Origin: Bdellovibrionota bacterium | GTDB taxonomy: Bacteria; Bdellovibrionota; UBA2428 | Direction of reading: 5' to 3' | Assembly: GCA_035539375.1 (NCBI GenBank) | Contig: DATLIP010000068.1 | Location: 11,383-75,382 of the forward strand | Length of the DNA stretch: 64,000 nucleotides | Notes under the pieces: generated by a model | Seen by the model: only the letters and a program-made list of their open reading frames with translations | Databases searched by the model: none | Told to the model about the DNA's origin: nothing | Made by a program: the position numbers and the translations under genes | Shown: piece after piece, positions 9,301-19,400 of the stretch | How the letters are laid out: every line of letters starts with the position of its first letter | Numbering within the stretch: position 1 is the first letter of the stretch

Positions 9301-9743
9301 GTGGTGCCGAGCTGTACCGCGAGCTGCGCGCCACGGGTGCGGTGAGCATCGTGCTCCCCTCGGGCAAGCAGTCTTTTGATGCGGCCGAACTGGAAGTGCG
9401 TTTGGAGGCCAAAGACGGTTTTGCGGCCGAGCAGGGCAAAGCGTCGGTGGTGATTCTCTCGACTCAAATCAGCCCCGAATTGAAGCGCGAAGGCCTCGCC
9501 AAAGATCTCGTACGTGCCATTCAGAGCATGCGCAAAGAGATGCGCCTGGATTACAACGCCCGCATCCGCGTGGGCCTGGCGCATAGCTCGAGCGAGGTGG
9601 CCGAAGCCATTCGCGAGTTTTCGAAGATGATTTCGGGCGAAGTTCTTGCCGAATCGCTAGCCGAAGGTCTCAGTGAAGGCATGCAGTGCGAAAAGATCAA
9701 CATCGAGGGCGACGATATCGAAATCGGCGTGGCGACGGTTTAA
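6390..9743 (+). CDS. ileS: Isoleucyl-tRNA synthetase, type 2 (eukaryote-like)
   Basis: 1117 aa. HIGH region PPTANGMPHPGH. KMSKS region KLSKRKRNYKDVNYLFENYGADALRW, the eukaryote-type KMSKRLKNYPDP...YGADALR pattern. DWALSRERFWGTPLPIW editing/connecting motif. Confidence 0.92.
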   Translation: MSGVFKAVPSKMDFSQAEAQVLGFWKSAKIYQKSLERRRGAKPFVFFEGPPTANGMPHPGHCLTRTVKDVFPRFKTMDGYYCERKAGWDTHGLPVEVEVCKELGILEGGKEAIEKFGLEKFNQTCLQSVFRYTKEWEQLTERLGFWVNLEEAYVTYHQSYVESVWWVLKKFFDEGLLYQGHKVVWWWAQGGTALSAGEVGEGYRETTDPAITVRFSLTADAVAKLGMPPGRDVSFLAWTTTPWTLSSNCALAIGRDFEYVVCEIEVDGETHLCVLSKAHQEANYPTARVFKSVKGSELVGLDYAPIFRYAEPELIAGQAQAEAHAWRVIEGDFVTLDRGTGIVHLAPAFGEDDYRTCKEAGIGFLCFVKPDGKFDDRVSDVDPYDGAKIAGLFVKDADKGIIRILKAQKRVIKHDQYIHSYPFCPRADQDPLIQFARKSWFISTRQFREQFVKNNSKIHWNPEHIKEGRFGNFLENNVDWALSRERFWGTPLPIWICEKTGHMEALSSYDELLKKPGVKGTEVWAAAKAADSSLAEDLKIHRPYIDEVTYQSPKDAAARMRRVKDVIDVWFDAGSMPFAQWGYPHQPGSVERVKNFFPADFISEAIDQTRGWFNALLVISTLVWGEKEAYPHPFKNVICLGHLLGEDGQKLSKRKRNYKDVNYLFENYGADALRWSLLAQQSPTASVRFTEKGVEESLREYLIRWYNVYSFFVIYSNLDGFNPAKGAPANFDGSDFRGVGPALAERSEMDRWILSELQNTVRETRAGLEVYDPYRAAQHLNAFMDSLSNWYVRRSRARFWGSGWSADKESAYWTLFECLVSMSQLSAPFTPYFSDWTWENLIRSPFASAPESVHLSSYPKVNAEKFDENLATEMRLVRDVVSTGLAARGAAKIKVRQPLAAIEVVVSSSGEREVIGKHSELICDELNVKGIEFTEKPETYVSYKVVPNFKILGKRLGKEMGLLQAALKTASGAELYRELRATGAVSIVLPSGKQSFDAAELEVRLEAKDGFAAEQGKASVVILSTQISPELKREGLAKDLVRAIQSMRKEMRLDYNARIRVGLAHSSSEVAEAIREFSKMISGEVLAESLAEGLSEGMQCEKINIEGDDIEIGVATV

Positions 9744-9747
9744 AAAT

Positions 9748-10632
9748 TTAGAACATGAAATTCACGGCCGTGTACCAGCGGGCCGGGTCGAAGTTCAACA
9801 CGCCGAGGTCAATCGTATGGCCGGCGCTCGAGATTTTAAACGAGGCGCCCGAAACAAAGCCGATGGTGAGGGGCTTGGTGATCTCGCCGTCGGTGGTTTT
9901 TCCAAAGACTCCGTATTGAATGCTGAGCGCCGTCAGAGGGCCCACGCCAAAACCGCTGCCAAGTTGGTAATAGAGGTAGGGGCGCAAGTGGAAGGCCGCG
10001 ACCATGCCCTTGCCGGTGAATCTGGTTGTGGGGGTGGCGTCTTTGTTTTTGAGAAAGCTAAACGCCCCGGTGATTTGGGTTTGCATGCCATAGTTCCAGC
10101 TCGGAGTGCGCCCGAACTGCATCGAATAACCCACGTTCACGCCGTAGTTCTGAATGGTGATGATCTCGTCGGCAAAAGCATCGTTGGTGGCGCCCAGGAT
10201 GAGCTCGTTTTTCCAGGCCACAAGGCCAAAGAAGATACCGCTGTCGTCGATTGACGACACTTGCGCGTCCTTCACGGATTTCACCGGAGTCACCGTGGTG
10301 GGCGCGGCCGCAAGTTGGCCTTTGAGGCAGGCCAGTGAACCACGGAAGAAGAGGTTTTTGGGATTCGCGGCGCGGAAGGTGTAAGTGTCACCATCGCCGA
10401 CAAAACCCTGTACCTGAGTACCGACTTTGAGCTTTGCAGGATAGGGCTGCCACTGGGCTTGGGCATCGCCCATCGCTTTGAATTCGAGGGAGCAGTCTAC
10501 CGAGCTGAGGTTAAACTTGAGGACCTGACGGCCTTTGGCGAGGGCCGGAGCGGGAGTCTGAGCGAAGCCGGCCATCGGAGTGGCGAGGAGTGCGACGAAG
10601 AGGAGTCGTTGCTGTGTGCGAAGCACGATCAT
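9748..10632 (-). CDS. Secreted protein, putative outer-membrane beta-barrel
   Basis: 294 aa. Signal peptide (LLFVALLATPMAGFAQT), C-terminal ...YTAVNFMF. Start overlaps the msrA stop by 1 nt (TAATG). Confidence 0.45.
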   Translation of the reverse strand: MIVLRTQQRLLFVALLATPMAGFAQTPAPALAKGRQVLKFNLSSVDCSLEFKAMGDAQAQWQPYPAKLKVGTQVQGFVGDGDTYTFRAANPKNLFFRGSLACLKGQLAAAPTTVTPVKSVKDAQVSSIDDSGIFFGLVAWKNELILGATNDAFADEIITIQNYGVNVGYSMQFGRTPSWNYGMQTQITGAFSFLKNKDATPTTRFTGKGMVAAFHLRPYLYYQLGSGFGVGPLTALSIQYGVFGKTTDGEITKPLTIGFVSGASFKISSAGHTIDLGVLNFDPARWYTAVNFMF

Positions 10633-11141
10633 TAAAAAATGATATCTCGAATAAAGTGACAGGTATAGCCCTGCGGGAAGCGTTGCAGATAATCTTGATG
10701 TTCATTTTCTGCTGCAAAGAAGGTTTCGGCCGGCACGATCTCCGTGACGATCGGCTTTTTCCAGACGCCCGACTCGCTCACCCGCCGTTTCACGTTTTCG
10801 GCAACGCGTTTTTGCTCATCGCCCGAGTAAAAGATCGTGGAGCGGTACTGTGAGCCGATGTCGTTGCCCTGGCGGTTGAGCGTTGTGGGGTCGTGCACCT
10901 TAAAGAAAAAGAGCACCAGGGACTCGTAACTTGCGATCTTTGGGTCGAAGCGGATCTCCAGAGATTCGGCGTGGCCGGTTTTTCCGGTTTTTACTTGGTC
11001 GTAGGTCGGCGCATCGACAAAGCCGCCCGTGTAACCCACGCGGGTTTCCACTACGCCGGGCAACTTGCGAAAGAGCTCTTCCATTCCCCAAAAACAGCCG
11101 CCCGCGAAAGTTGCGATTTCGTATTTATTTTTCGAGTCCAT
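10632..11141 (-). CDS. msrA: Peptide-methionine (S)-S-oxide reductase MsrA
   Basis: [10 protein letters not shown] active-site motif, VGYTGG and [10 protein letters not shown] motifs. I call the start at Met72 of the listed ORF ([19 protein letters not shown]), because the longer 240-aa reading overlaps the conserved C-terminus of the MscS gene by about 230 nt. Confidence 0.85.
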   Translation of the reverse strand: MDSKNKYEIATFAGGCFWGMEELFRKLPGVVETRVGYTGGFVDAPTYDQVKTGKTGHAESLEIRFDPKIASYESLVLFFFKVHDPTTLNRQGNDIGSQYRSTIFYSGDEQKRVAENVKRRVSESGVWKKPIVTEIVPAETFFAAENEHQDYLQRFPQGYTCHFIRDIIF

Positions 11142-12192
11142 GGTTGTGGTGCCTTTCTCCAATGGTGCGCTGGGTGGGGTAGGCAAAGTCGATGCCCTCG
11201 GTGTGGAAGCGCTCAAAGATGGCGAGGTTGATGCTTTGTCGGAGGTCGGCGTGGACGTGGAAGTCGGGGCTAAGAACCCAGTACGCGACTTCCAGGTCCA
11301 GAGAAGAAGCGTTGAAATTAAGAAAATGAGCCCGATCAAAACGCGCCGTTTCATGGGATGAAATCACCTCTTCAATGATCATACACGCTTTGGCGATTTT
11401 TTTGTGGGGGGTTTCGTAAGTGATGCCCAGCGTGAAGACCACGCGCCTCTCGCGCATGCGGCCGAAGTTGCTCAGGCGGCTCTGCAGCAAATCGCTGTTG
11501 GAAAAGACCAGCAGCTCCCCATTTTCGCTGCGCACGCGGGTGGTCTTGATGCCGACGCTCTCCACAGTGCCTTTAAATTCGCCGAGCTTGATGACGTCGC
11601 CGCGGGCGAAGGGTTTGTCGAGCGCGATGGTCAGTGAGGAGAAGATGTCCTCTAAAATGCTTTTGACCGCGAGGGCGATGGCGATGCCGCCGACGCCCAG
11701 CCCCGCCACGAGGGCGGTGATCTTGATTCCGAAATTATCCAAAATGATGAGCGAGAGAACGATCCACAGCGCGAGACGCGAGAGGAAGAGCCCGATCCCG
11801 CTGATGGCCGAGTCGCGGATCTTCTCGTTTTCGCGGAAGGCGGGTTTGAGCACGCCGTCCACCACGAAGCCGATTTGGAAGGTGAGCAGTACGAAGACCA
11901 CCCATTGCATGTACCTCGGAATCTCGGCGCCGAGCAGCGACCAGCGACTGAGCGTGCTGAGAAAAACTACGCCGAGGATCAGGCCCGGTTTGAGGCGTCC
12001 GAGGGCCGAAAGCACGAGCGCTGAGCCGCGGTGCAGCTGAGCGCGGGGGATTTTTCGCAGCTTTTTTTGGATGCGACAGGTGGCGAGCCAGGCCGCCGCG
12101 GCAATCAAAATAGACAGTGCGGTGGAAACGATGAGTGCGGCCCATACGGCATCAATTCCGATACTTTGCAAGAAATTCCTGACCGATTCCAT
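11125..12192 (-). CDS. Small-conductance mechanosensitive channel (MscS family)
   Basis: 355 aa. TM3/beta-domain signature [78 protein letters not shown]. Confidence 0.88.
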   Translation of the reverse strand: MESVRNFLQSIGIDAVWAALIVSTALSILIAAAAWLATCRIQKKLRKIPRAQLHRGSALVLSALGRLKPGLILGVVFLSTLSRWSLLGAEIPRYMQWVVFVLLTFQIGFVVDGVLKPAFRENEKIRDSAISGIGLFLSRLALWIVLSLIILDNFGIKITALVAGLGVGGIAIALAVKSILEDIFSSLTIALDKPFARGDVIKLGEFKGTVESVGIKTTRVRSENGELLVFSNSDLLQSRLSNFGRMRERRVVFTLGITYETPHKKIAKACMIIEEVISSHETARFDRAHFLNFNASSLDLEVAYWVLSPDFHVHADLRQSINLAIFERFHTEGIDFAYPTQRTIGERHHNHGLEK

Positions 12193-12235
12193 GATTCATT
12201 CGTACCTTGAAGTCGGGGCCTATTCAAGGTACGAA

Positions 12236-12958
12236 ATGGGGATGACTTCCGCGTACCAAGCAAAACCCAAACTCTACCAATATGCGGTTTGTCCCTTTTG
12301 TTGGAAGGTCCGTGCGATGCTGGCCTACAAGGGTGTGGATTACGAAACCATCGAAGTGCATCCGCTCAACAAAAAAGAGATCGCCTTCTCGAATTCCTAC
12401 CGCAAGGTGCCCATCTACATCGACGGCAAGAACCGTCAGGTCAACGACTCGACCCCGATCATGCGTCACATCGACAACGAGTTTCCCGCCAAGCCCGTCT
12501 TCCAAAGGGACGTCGCCATCAAGGAGCAAGAAGACAAGTGGCTCAAGTGGTCTGAGTCTTATGTGAAGTCCGTACCTCCACTGATTTACGACACCCTGGG
12601 CAATGCGCTCAAGGCTTTTGATTACATCACTCACGAAACCAAGTTCTCTTGGTACCAACGAGCGGTCATCAAGTACTCCGGTGCCCTCGTGATGAAAATG
12701 GTCGCCAAAAAATCCCAAGAAAAGCAGCAGATCGAAAATCCGCGCGCACATTTCGAAGGACTCCTGGGCGCCTGGAGCGAAGGCCTGGGCGGCAAAAAGT
12801 TCATGGGCGGCGAGACCCCCAACGGCGCCGACATTTCGGTCTTTGGCATCACGATGTCGCTGCGCGGTTTGCCGGCGGCGCAGCTTCTCGACACGAACCC
12901 TGGCTTCCGCCAGTGGCTCGGCCATATGGAAAGCGCCACCGGACTTAGTTTCGCTTAA
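12236..12958 (+). CDS. Glutaredoxin-fold GST, prostaglandin-E-synthase-2-like (CPFC motif)
   Basis: KLYQYAVCPFCWKVRAMLAYKGVDYETIEVHPLNKKEIAFSNSYRKVPIYIDG...VNDSTPIM closely mirrors the PTGES2 N-terminal region as I recall it. Start chosen at the first Met downstream of the MscS gene (12236; 12242 is also possible). Confidence 0.7.
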   Translation: MGMTSAYQAKPKLYQYAVCPFCWKVRAMLAYKGVDYETIEVHPLNKKEIAFSNSYRKVPIYIDGKNRQVNDSTPIMRHIDNEFPAKPVFQRDVAIKEQEDKWLKWSESYVKSVPPLIYDTLGNALKAFDYITHETKFSWYQRAVIKYSGALVMKMVAKKSQEKQQIENPRAHFEGLLGAWSEGLGGKKFMGGETPNGADISVFGITMSLRGLPAAQLLDTNPGFRQWLGHMESATGLSFA

Positions 12959-13368
12959 TCTGTTTTTTCATTGACGGACATCGTGCAGCGAGAAATGCAG
13001 CTGAGTTTGTTCTCGTCGTTATAAATTTTGATTTCCCAGATTTGCGTACGGCGACCGATGTGAAGAGGTTTGCCGATGGCGCGCACATGACCGCTAGAAA
13101 CGGCCCGCAAGTGGTTGGCGTTGATCTCAAGGCCCACGGCGAAGTGCGTGTTGAGGTCGATGTGTAGTGTGGCGCCGACCGAAGCCACTGTTTCAGCGAG
13201 CGCCACGTTGGCACCGCCATGCAGAATGCCGAAGCGTTGTACGGTGCGCTCGTCCACCGGCATGGTGAAGATCACTTCTTGCGGATCGAGTTTTTCAGCT
13301 TGCATGCCGAGGTGTCCGATCAAAGTGCCTTCATACTTGTGAATTCTCTTTGGATCAAAGTCAGCCAT
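12955..13368 (-). CDS. PaaI/YigI-family hotdog-fold acyl-CoA thioesterase
   Basis: FGILHGGANVALAETVASVGA and GRRTQIWEIKIY motifs. Start placed at MADFDPKRIH (13368). Confidence 0.7.
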   Translation of the reverse strand: MADFDPKRIHKYEGTLIGHLGMQAEKLDPQEVIFTMPVDERTVQRFGILHGGANVALAETVASVGATLHIDLNTHFAVGLEINANHLRAVSSGHVRAIGKPLHIGRRTQIWEIKIYNDENKLSCISRCTMSVNEKTD

Positions 13369-13387
13369 GGTGTAGAGACTAGCACGA

Positions 13388-13867
13388 ATGACGGAAGAAG
13401 AGAAAATCGATAGAACACCGGTAGCCAAAGACATTTGGTGCTGGTCGACCAAGGAAAAAGCTTTTACCTGGCACGTGGTGGTGAACCACGACGCCCAGGG
13501 TTATGTAGACCGTGTGCAGTGCAAAGTCTCCAAAGTGATTCACAAGTACAAGCGTCTTGCGAAGTCCAAAGCCGCCCCCAAAACCACCGCGACGCGCAGT
13601 CTTGTGCGCAAAGTGGGAGGCTCGGCTTCGAGCAGGGTTTCGTCGGCGACGCCCACCTCGTCGGCGGCCCTCGAGGACGTGTGGTTTCGTAGCCTCAAAA
13701 AATGGGGCGAAAAACCCGTGCCTAAATTTGATCCCAAGGTTTCTTTTGACATTGACGACGTGCTTGAGCACGTGAGCTTTGGCAAGGGCGTGGTTCAAAA
13801 GCGTCGCGACAACAAGATCGAGGTGCTCTTCCGTGCGGGCATCAAGGTTTTGCCCTCAGCGAAATAA
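13388..13867 (+). CDS. Hypothetical protein; the C-terminal segment resembles DUF3553-type small domains
   Basis: 159-aa ORF with a Ser/Thr/Ala-rich linker. C-terminal FDIDDVLEHVSFGKGVVQKRRDNKIEVLFRAGIKVL resembles the G-x-V-x-H-x-x-F-G-x-G-x-V...K-I-x-V-x-F pattern. Weak call. Confidence 0.35.
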   Translation: MTEEEKIDRTPVAKDIWCWSTKEKAFTWHVVVNHDAQGYVDRVQCKVSKVIHKYKRLAKSKAAPKTTATRSLVRKVGGSASSRVSSATPTSSAALEDVWFRSLKKWGEKPVPKFDPKVSFDIDDVLEHVSFGKGVVQKRRDNKIEVLFRAGIKVLPSAK

Positions 13868-14776
13868 TCCTTTGAGCTCTTCGTAAGCGCTCCGCAAATT
13901 GGCGGATTGCGTGTTGGTGTCCTCTCCAAAGAGGGCAACGGCGAGGCTTTGTCCGCGACAGCCGCGGCCGAGGTGCGGAATGCGCATCACGGCAGTGCGG
14001 CCGGCGGCCTCTGTGGCGCCGGGTTTGTAGAGATAGCCCGAGGAGACGTTTTCCACGCCGGCGCTCGAAAGTTTTGATCGGTACGAAGCATCGTTCATCA
14101 TGAATCCCACGAGCAGCGCCATTTCGCGCGCGGTGGAACCCTGGCGCGCATTTGTGCTCGCAAAGCGATACACGTCGGCATCGTCGGTGAGGCCGCTCGG
14201 ATTTTGATAATAAGTGCGACGAGAGTTGCCCAGCATGCGCGCGGCCTCGGCATTCATCTGCGCCACGAAAGATTCCACCGTGCGCGAGGTGCCGCGGCCC
14301 AGAGCGTGCGCGGCGCCGTTGGAGCTTTGAACCATCAGTGTATAGAGGTAGAGCTTGAGTGTGACGTTGTCGCCCACATTGATGTTTTGGCTCGTGCTTC
14401 GGTTGTAGGCGCGCGTGCCCTGTTCGTCGTAAAAGAGATCACTTTGGTCAAAGCGCACACGCGTGCTCTGCGAGCTTGCAAATTTGGCAACGATCCAAGC
14501 GGTCATGATCTTTTGGGTTGAGGCCACGGCCTGAAACACGTGCGCGTTTTTTTCGTAACCCACTTCGAGCAATTCGTTTTTAGATCCCAGGCGAAGCACG
14601 GACGCTGCGGCTCCGCGGCCATTCGCTCCGCGGGGTACGCGTCGTGACACGACCGATGCGATGACATCTTTGTAGGGGGCAAGCGCGCAATTGGCGGGTG
14701 CGGCACTCCCGGCTGAGAACGCTGTTGCGGATGAAAATACCAAAGCGATCAGGGGTAGGGAGGGAGTGGCGTTCAT
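13856..14776 (-). CDS. Secreted serine hydrolase, D-Ala-D-Ala carboxypeptidase (S11) / class-A beta-lactamase-like
   Basis: Signal peptide, SxxK (ASTQKIMTA), SxN-like (QSSNGAAHALG) and a KTG-like element (YKPGAT). Confidence 0.5.
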   Translation of the reverse strand: MNATPSLPLIALVFSSATAFSAGSAAPANCALAPYKDVIASVVSRRVPRGANGRGAAASVLRLGSKNELLEVGYEKNAHVFQAVASTQKIMTAWIVAKFASSQSTRVRFDQSDLFYDEQGTRAYNRSTSQNINVGDNVTLKLYLYTLMVQSSNGAAHALGRGTSRTVESFVAQMNAEAARMLGNSRRTYYQNPSGLTDDADVYRFASTNARQGSTAREMALLVGFMMNDASYRSKLSSAGVENVSSGYLYKPGATEAAGRTAVMRIPHLGRGCRGQSLAVALFGEDTNTQSANLRSAYEELKGLFR

Positions 14777-14867
14777 ATTCCGGTGTCGGAATTCCGTCGA
14801 AAAAGCTTAAAAACGCGGAGCGCCAGAATGGGGACGGGTTAAAGTACCAGGTTAAGGTAACGGATAC

Positions 14868-16265
14868 CTATTCGCGGAGGCTGGCGATAGAGCGTTCGGC
14901 TTTTTGGCGCAAAGCTTGGAAATGTTTTGCGATTTCGTTTTGGGTTTCGTCCGGAAGATAGGTGTGCGCAGCGTAGAGGGCGCCGTAGACGAGGGCGAGC
15001 AGAGCGAGGCGCTTGACCCATTTCATTTGCTCAACGCGGCGCTCGTAGCGACGCAGATCGGCTTTGCGCTCTTCGATGATTTGCGAATCGTTTTTCCAGT
15101 GCACGGTCGACGCGAGCTCCGACAGGGTAGAGCGGTTGGAGATGGTGCTCGCGTTGGTTTGCGTGCGAGGCAGGGGCGGACGGATCGTCGCTTCGACAAT
15201 GGGTTTCACATCTTGAAGTGGCACGAGGCGCGACACTTGCGTGCGTTCGTCGCTCGAGCCCTTCACGTTTTGGGCGCTGGCGCGTTCGGCTTGTTCAGCA
15301 CTTTGCTTGAGGAGGTTTGCAATACGCTCTTGATCCTGATCGTGCTCGCGTTTGAAGGAACCACTCATGGCTTTGGCGAATTCTGTGGCGTTGAATTTGG
15401 GATATTTGCTCGAGAGCTCGCGCTGCAAAAGATCGCAGAGCACCGAGGCCGCCGGACGATGTGTCGGATCGGCGCTCATCATGCGCACCACGAGATTCTC
15501 GAGAAAGGGGTCAAGGCTGGGCACCGTTTTCGAAGGTTTTTCGTAAGCCCCGCGGTCGATGGCTTTCAGGAGTTCGATGGGGTTATCACCTTGAAAAGGT
15601 CGGCGCCCCGTGATGGCCTCAAAGAGCACTACGCCGAGTGAGTAAATGTCGGTGAGCGGAGTGAGGGCTTCGGCGCGTGCTTGCTGTGGCGACATGTAGG
15701 CAAAGTTGCCCTTGATCACGCCATTCTGCGTTTCGTTGGTGAGTGTGGATGACGCTTTGGCGATACCGAAGTCGATGAGCTTGATCTCACCACGGTAAGA
15801 AATCATCACGTTTTGAGGCGAGACGTCGCGGTGTATGAGGCCCAGATGCGCCTGTGTCTGCGGGTCGTGCAATTTGTGGATATAGTCGAGGCCCGAAGCC
15901 ACCTGGTGCGCGATGTGTAGCAGCATCGGCGTGGCGATGCGTTTGCCATCGCTGGTGGTTCTTTTGATGAGGTCTTTGAGTGAAAGACCCGAGATGTATT
16001 CCATAGACATGTAGAGGTGTTTGTCCGAAAAACCGCTCGAATAGACGTTCACAATGTTGGGGTGGTGCATCAGCGAGCAGAGAGCCGCTTCGGCCTGGAA
16101 CATGTCTCGAAATTCTGGGTTGTCTGCAAATTTCGGGAAGACCTTTTTCAGAACGACGACCTTGGAGAATTTTCCGGCGCCCGTTTGGCGCGCAAGGAAA
16201 ATCTCGGCCATACCGCCTTCGGCGATTTTCTCGAGGGGAATAAAAGTGCCAGCAAAGAGCGCCAT
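14868..16265 (-). CDS. Hanks-type Ser/Thr protein kinase, C-terminally membrane-anchored
   Basis: 465 aa. Glycine loop and VVLKK Lys, catalytic loop HRDVSPQNVM, DFGIAK, APE-like YMSPQQ. Single TM near the C-terminus (LALLALVYGALYAAHTYL). Confidence 0.88.
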   Translation of the reverse strand: MALFAGTFIPLEKIAEGGMAEIFLARQTGAGKFSKVVVLKKVFPKFADNPEFRDMFQAEAALCSLMHHPNIVNVYSSGFSDKHLYMSMEYISGLSLKDLIKRTTSDGKRIATPMLLHIAHQVASGLDYIHKLHDPQTQAHLGLIHRDVSPQNVMISYRGEIKLIDFGIAKASSTLTNETQNGVIKGNFAYMSPQQARAEALTPLTDIYSLGVVLFEAITGRRPFQGDNPIELLKAIDRGAYEKPSKTVPSLDPFLENLVVRMMSADPTHRPAASVLCDLLQRELSSKYPKFNATEFAKAMSGSFKREHDQDQERIANLLKQSAEQAERASAQNVKGSSDERTQVSRLVPLQDVKPIVEATIRPPLPRTQTNASTISNRSTLSELASTVHWKNDSQIIEERKADLRRYERRVEQMKWVKRLALLALVYGALYAAHTYLPDETQNEIAKHFQALRQKAERSIASLRE

Positions 16266-16479
16266 GACGAGTCTCTATATCGGATCCCCTGCGGTCATTT
16301 TTATTAAGACTTTGTAAATTTCGGCGAATTTTTGCTCTTCACACAATCTTGACTGTGTTGCGTTTCCGTTTTTCGAGCCTTCTTTGTCAAAACTTAACCT
16401 GTCTGATCTGGCGATCTTCTAAACTAGAGAGAATAAAGGTCCGAAGAGGAGAAGACGCCTCTAGGAGGGGAATGTACGT

Positions 16480-19400
16480 ATGATGCCTTTTAAAAGCTAC
16501 CGTTTATTCCTTGCGAAGCCGGCCATGCTGCTTGCTTTTGCATCGGTCTTTTCACTAACCGCTTGTTTGAACTCGAAAGTTGGCGGCGGCGGCAATCGCC
16601 ACGAACAATCCACCAACGCCCGCGGCATCTCTCCCATCAAAGTCGAACTCAACTGGAACGAAGATTTTTCAGAAAAAACCTACGAAGTCTACGAAGCTAG
16701 CTCACAAGACCAAGTGCTCGCCACAACCCGTTTCGGTCAAGTCACGATCCCCGTTGTTCAAGACCAACTCTACGATTTCCGCGTCTTCCGTATCCTCAGC
16801 AACAGCGCCGAAAAATCCAAAGCTTTCGAATTCGACGGCGTGAAGTCTTGGGCTGGATTTGAAGACGTAGAACTCTCTTCGCACATCGAAGAATTCTTTC
16901 CCACTACGGTGACTTGGAACTACGAACCTTGGACCACAGGTCTCAAGGCGTCTTCGGCCATCAAACACACGACCATCGCTGAGTGCGCCTTTCTCAAGAA
17001 CGGCCTAAACTCGGACGACCCTTTCACGAATCCCCTCTCCAAAGTGCTCAAACGCAGCGCCTTTGATGAGAAGGTGATCGACAGCGGTTGCAAACTCGAA
17101 CCCAATGCCGATTACTTGGTGGCTTGCCGTATCAAGTACGCAGATGGCCACGTTTCGACCTCAACCCTCAAGGCCAATCTCGTGAGCCCCTCGGAATGTA
17201 TCAAGAGCGAAGAAGCCTTGCCGTATTTCTCGGTCGATGCCATTCAGCCTTCGCCCTATCTCGGATTTTCCATTATCAACGCCACCGGTGGGCTCTTTTC
17301 GTGGGCCCTGTTGGGTTACGATTACGACGCTCCCACGGGTCGCCTCACCGAAAAAACCATCGACTCCAACGCGCAGAACTACATCTCGGAGCTGATCAAC
17401 GTGGTCTACTCGACTCCGCTCAACCACTTTGGTCTGGGCCGCGTGCGCGCCACCTTCAAACCTTCGACTTCTTCGGTCACCCAGCAGGTGATCCCCAAAG
17501 ACTTCTATATAAAGACACTCGACGAAGCCACCTCGGTCATTTTCCCTCCGATCATCGACGCCGGTTCGCCGATGAGCATGGGTAATGCCACCTCTGTGGG
17601 CGACTACGATTGCGACGGCATCGATGACCTTGCGATCGGTATGAAAGATCTCCAATGGCGTGACGACTCCTCAGGCGCACCCGTTTACAAGCGCACGGGC
17701 GCTGTGGTGGTGTTCTACGGCGAAGCCAACCGCGGTCTTAAATATAAGAGCGCTGTGCCGAGCACGAACCCCGCCGAACCCGGCGTGGGCGCGCCTCGTC
17801 CTCCGCTCCTTATCTTGCCCCCCGACTTTGCCGCTTACGGTGGCGCGGGCATTCAGTTCGGTTACTCGCTCACTACGGGTAACTTCAACCGCGACGTGCA
17901 GTACGGCAATGGTTATTGGGCGAAGTGCGATGACCTTGTGATCGGTGCGCCCTACGTTTCGATCGAAACTCCGGGGTGGGCTGGCGGATCGGCCGGTGGT
18001 GCCGTGTTCATCACTTACGGAGGCCCTTCGGGTCTCAAGTCCAACTGGGCCGTCTCGCACCCCAACACTCCTTTTAACGGCTCTTGTGCGGGTGTGAACC
18101 CCGTCGTGCCCGACGGTCAGTCGGCACCGCCTTCTATGAACCTGGATGCCGGTGAACCCGCGTTTCCGCGTCCTATTCGCGGCGGCTCGGGCGTTTGTAC
18201 GGGCACTGTTCTCTATCCGCTCGGCATGCCGGTACTCATTGGCGCCTCGAATGCGGCGTCTCCTTTTTACTTTGGTGCAACCGAATCTACTGCCGGCTAC
18301 AAGGCTGAGCGCAACAACGTCTTCCTGATCTCTGGTCAGGGTACCATGCAACACGAGAGCCGCTCTTCGGGCTTTGGTATGGCGCTCGGTGCGGGCGACT
18401 TTGACGGCGACGGATACGACGATCTTATCGTCGGAGCGCCGCAAACGCAGCGTTTGACTCCCACCACTGGCACCGACAACAAGCCGAGCACTTCGGTCAA
18501 CGTTGGTGCCGCGCTTCTCTACTTCGGTGGCGCGAGCGGTGTTCGTCAGTACGTGGATACCTCTTGGAATGGTCCTACCGCCGTTGCCGGCGTGGGATCG
18601 CAAAACTCCATCTACCGCGCTACGGCGCTTTTCCCCAACTCGTCGACGACCACTCACATCTCGCCCATCAAGTTCGCTCCGGGCCGTAGCATGATCACAT
18701 CCTCGACCAAAGTGTCGATGAACTTCGGCACCTCCGTAGCGATCGGTCGCCTCAAGGGCACTCCTACGGGCAACACCGCGAACCAAGAAGTGTACACACG
18801 TCACCGTGGCGCGACGAACCTCAACTTCGGCGCTTCGGTATTCATCGGTGCTCCGGGCTACTCGTACACGGGTGCCTACGATGCCGGTGCCGTGGCGCAC
18901 GCATCGTGGACAGAGCACTTCTGGAGCACGACCTCAGCCTTTGAAACTTACACGCAGCCTTCGATGTATTTCGAAACGGCTGATGACTCTGGTCTCTTGC
19001 GCTTTGACATCGAAGCCGACGTGCTCGGCATCAAAGGTCTTGCGGGTTCGCTGCTCATCAACCCCGAAGTCGTCAACGCTAGCAACGTGGCTCAAACCGT
19101 CGCAAGCGGTGCTCGTTTCGGCGCCTCGCTTGCCGTAGGTTCGTTTAGACCTATTGCACGCACGGCGAGCCCCAACGCCACCATCGACTTTGGTCTGGAT
19201 CCCTATGGATCTTCGCCCATCAACCAAGTGCTCGCGATCGGAGCTCCGGGTTACAACTCGAGCACAGGTGTCGTATACCTCGTGAACGATGCAGGTCTTG
19301 ATTACGGCTCCAGCACGGGCTCCAAACAGAGCTCCGTGGGCGGATTTGACTTGAAGAGCGGGCCTCTGAACTCCGAAGTCACCACGGGTTATACCGGTAC

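Noticed and set aside
11142-11354. Longer MsrA reading with a signal-peptide-like N-terminus and an S/T/P-rich linker (240 aa).
   Set aside because: The extension lies in an alternative frame over the conserved C-terminal domain of the MscS gene (~230-nt overlap). Its low-complexity [16 protein letters not shown] sequence looks like a frame artefact. Met72, directly before the GCFWG core, gives a normal-length MsrA. A secreted isoform cannot be fully excluded.
17671-18918. 415-aa minus-strand ORF inside the FG-GAP giant gene. The same applies to 18934-19701, 19921-20502 and 20581-21336.
   Set aside because: It is antisense to a motif-rich coding frame. Its composition is Arg/Gly/Ala/His-rich, typical of GC-biased non-coding frames, and it has no motifs or start context.
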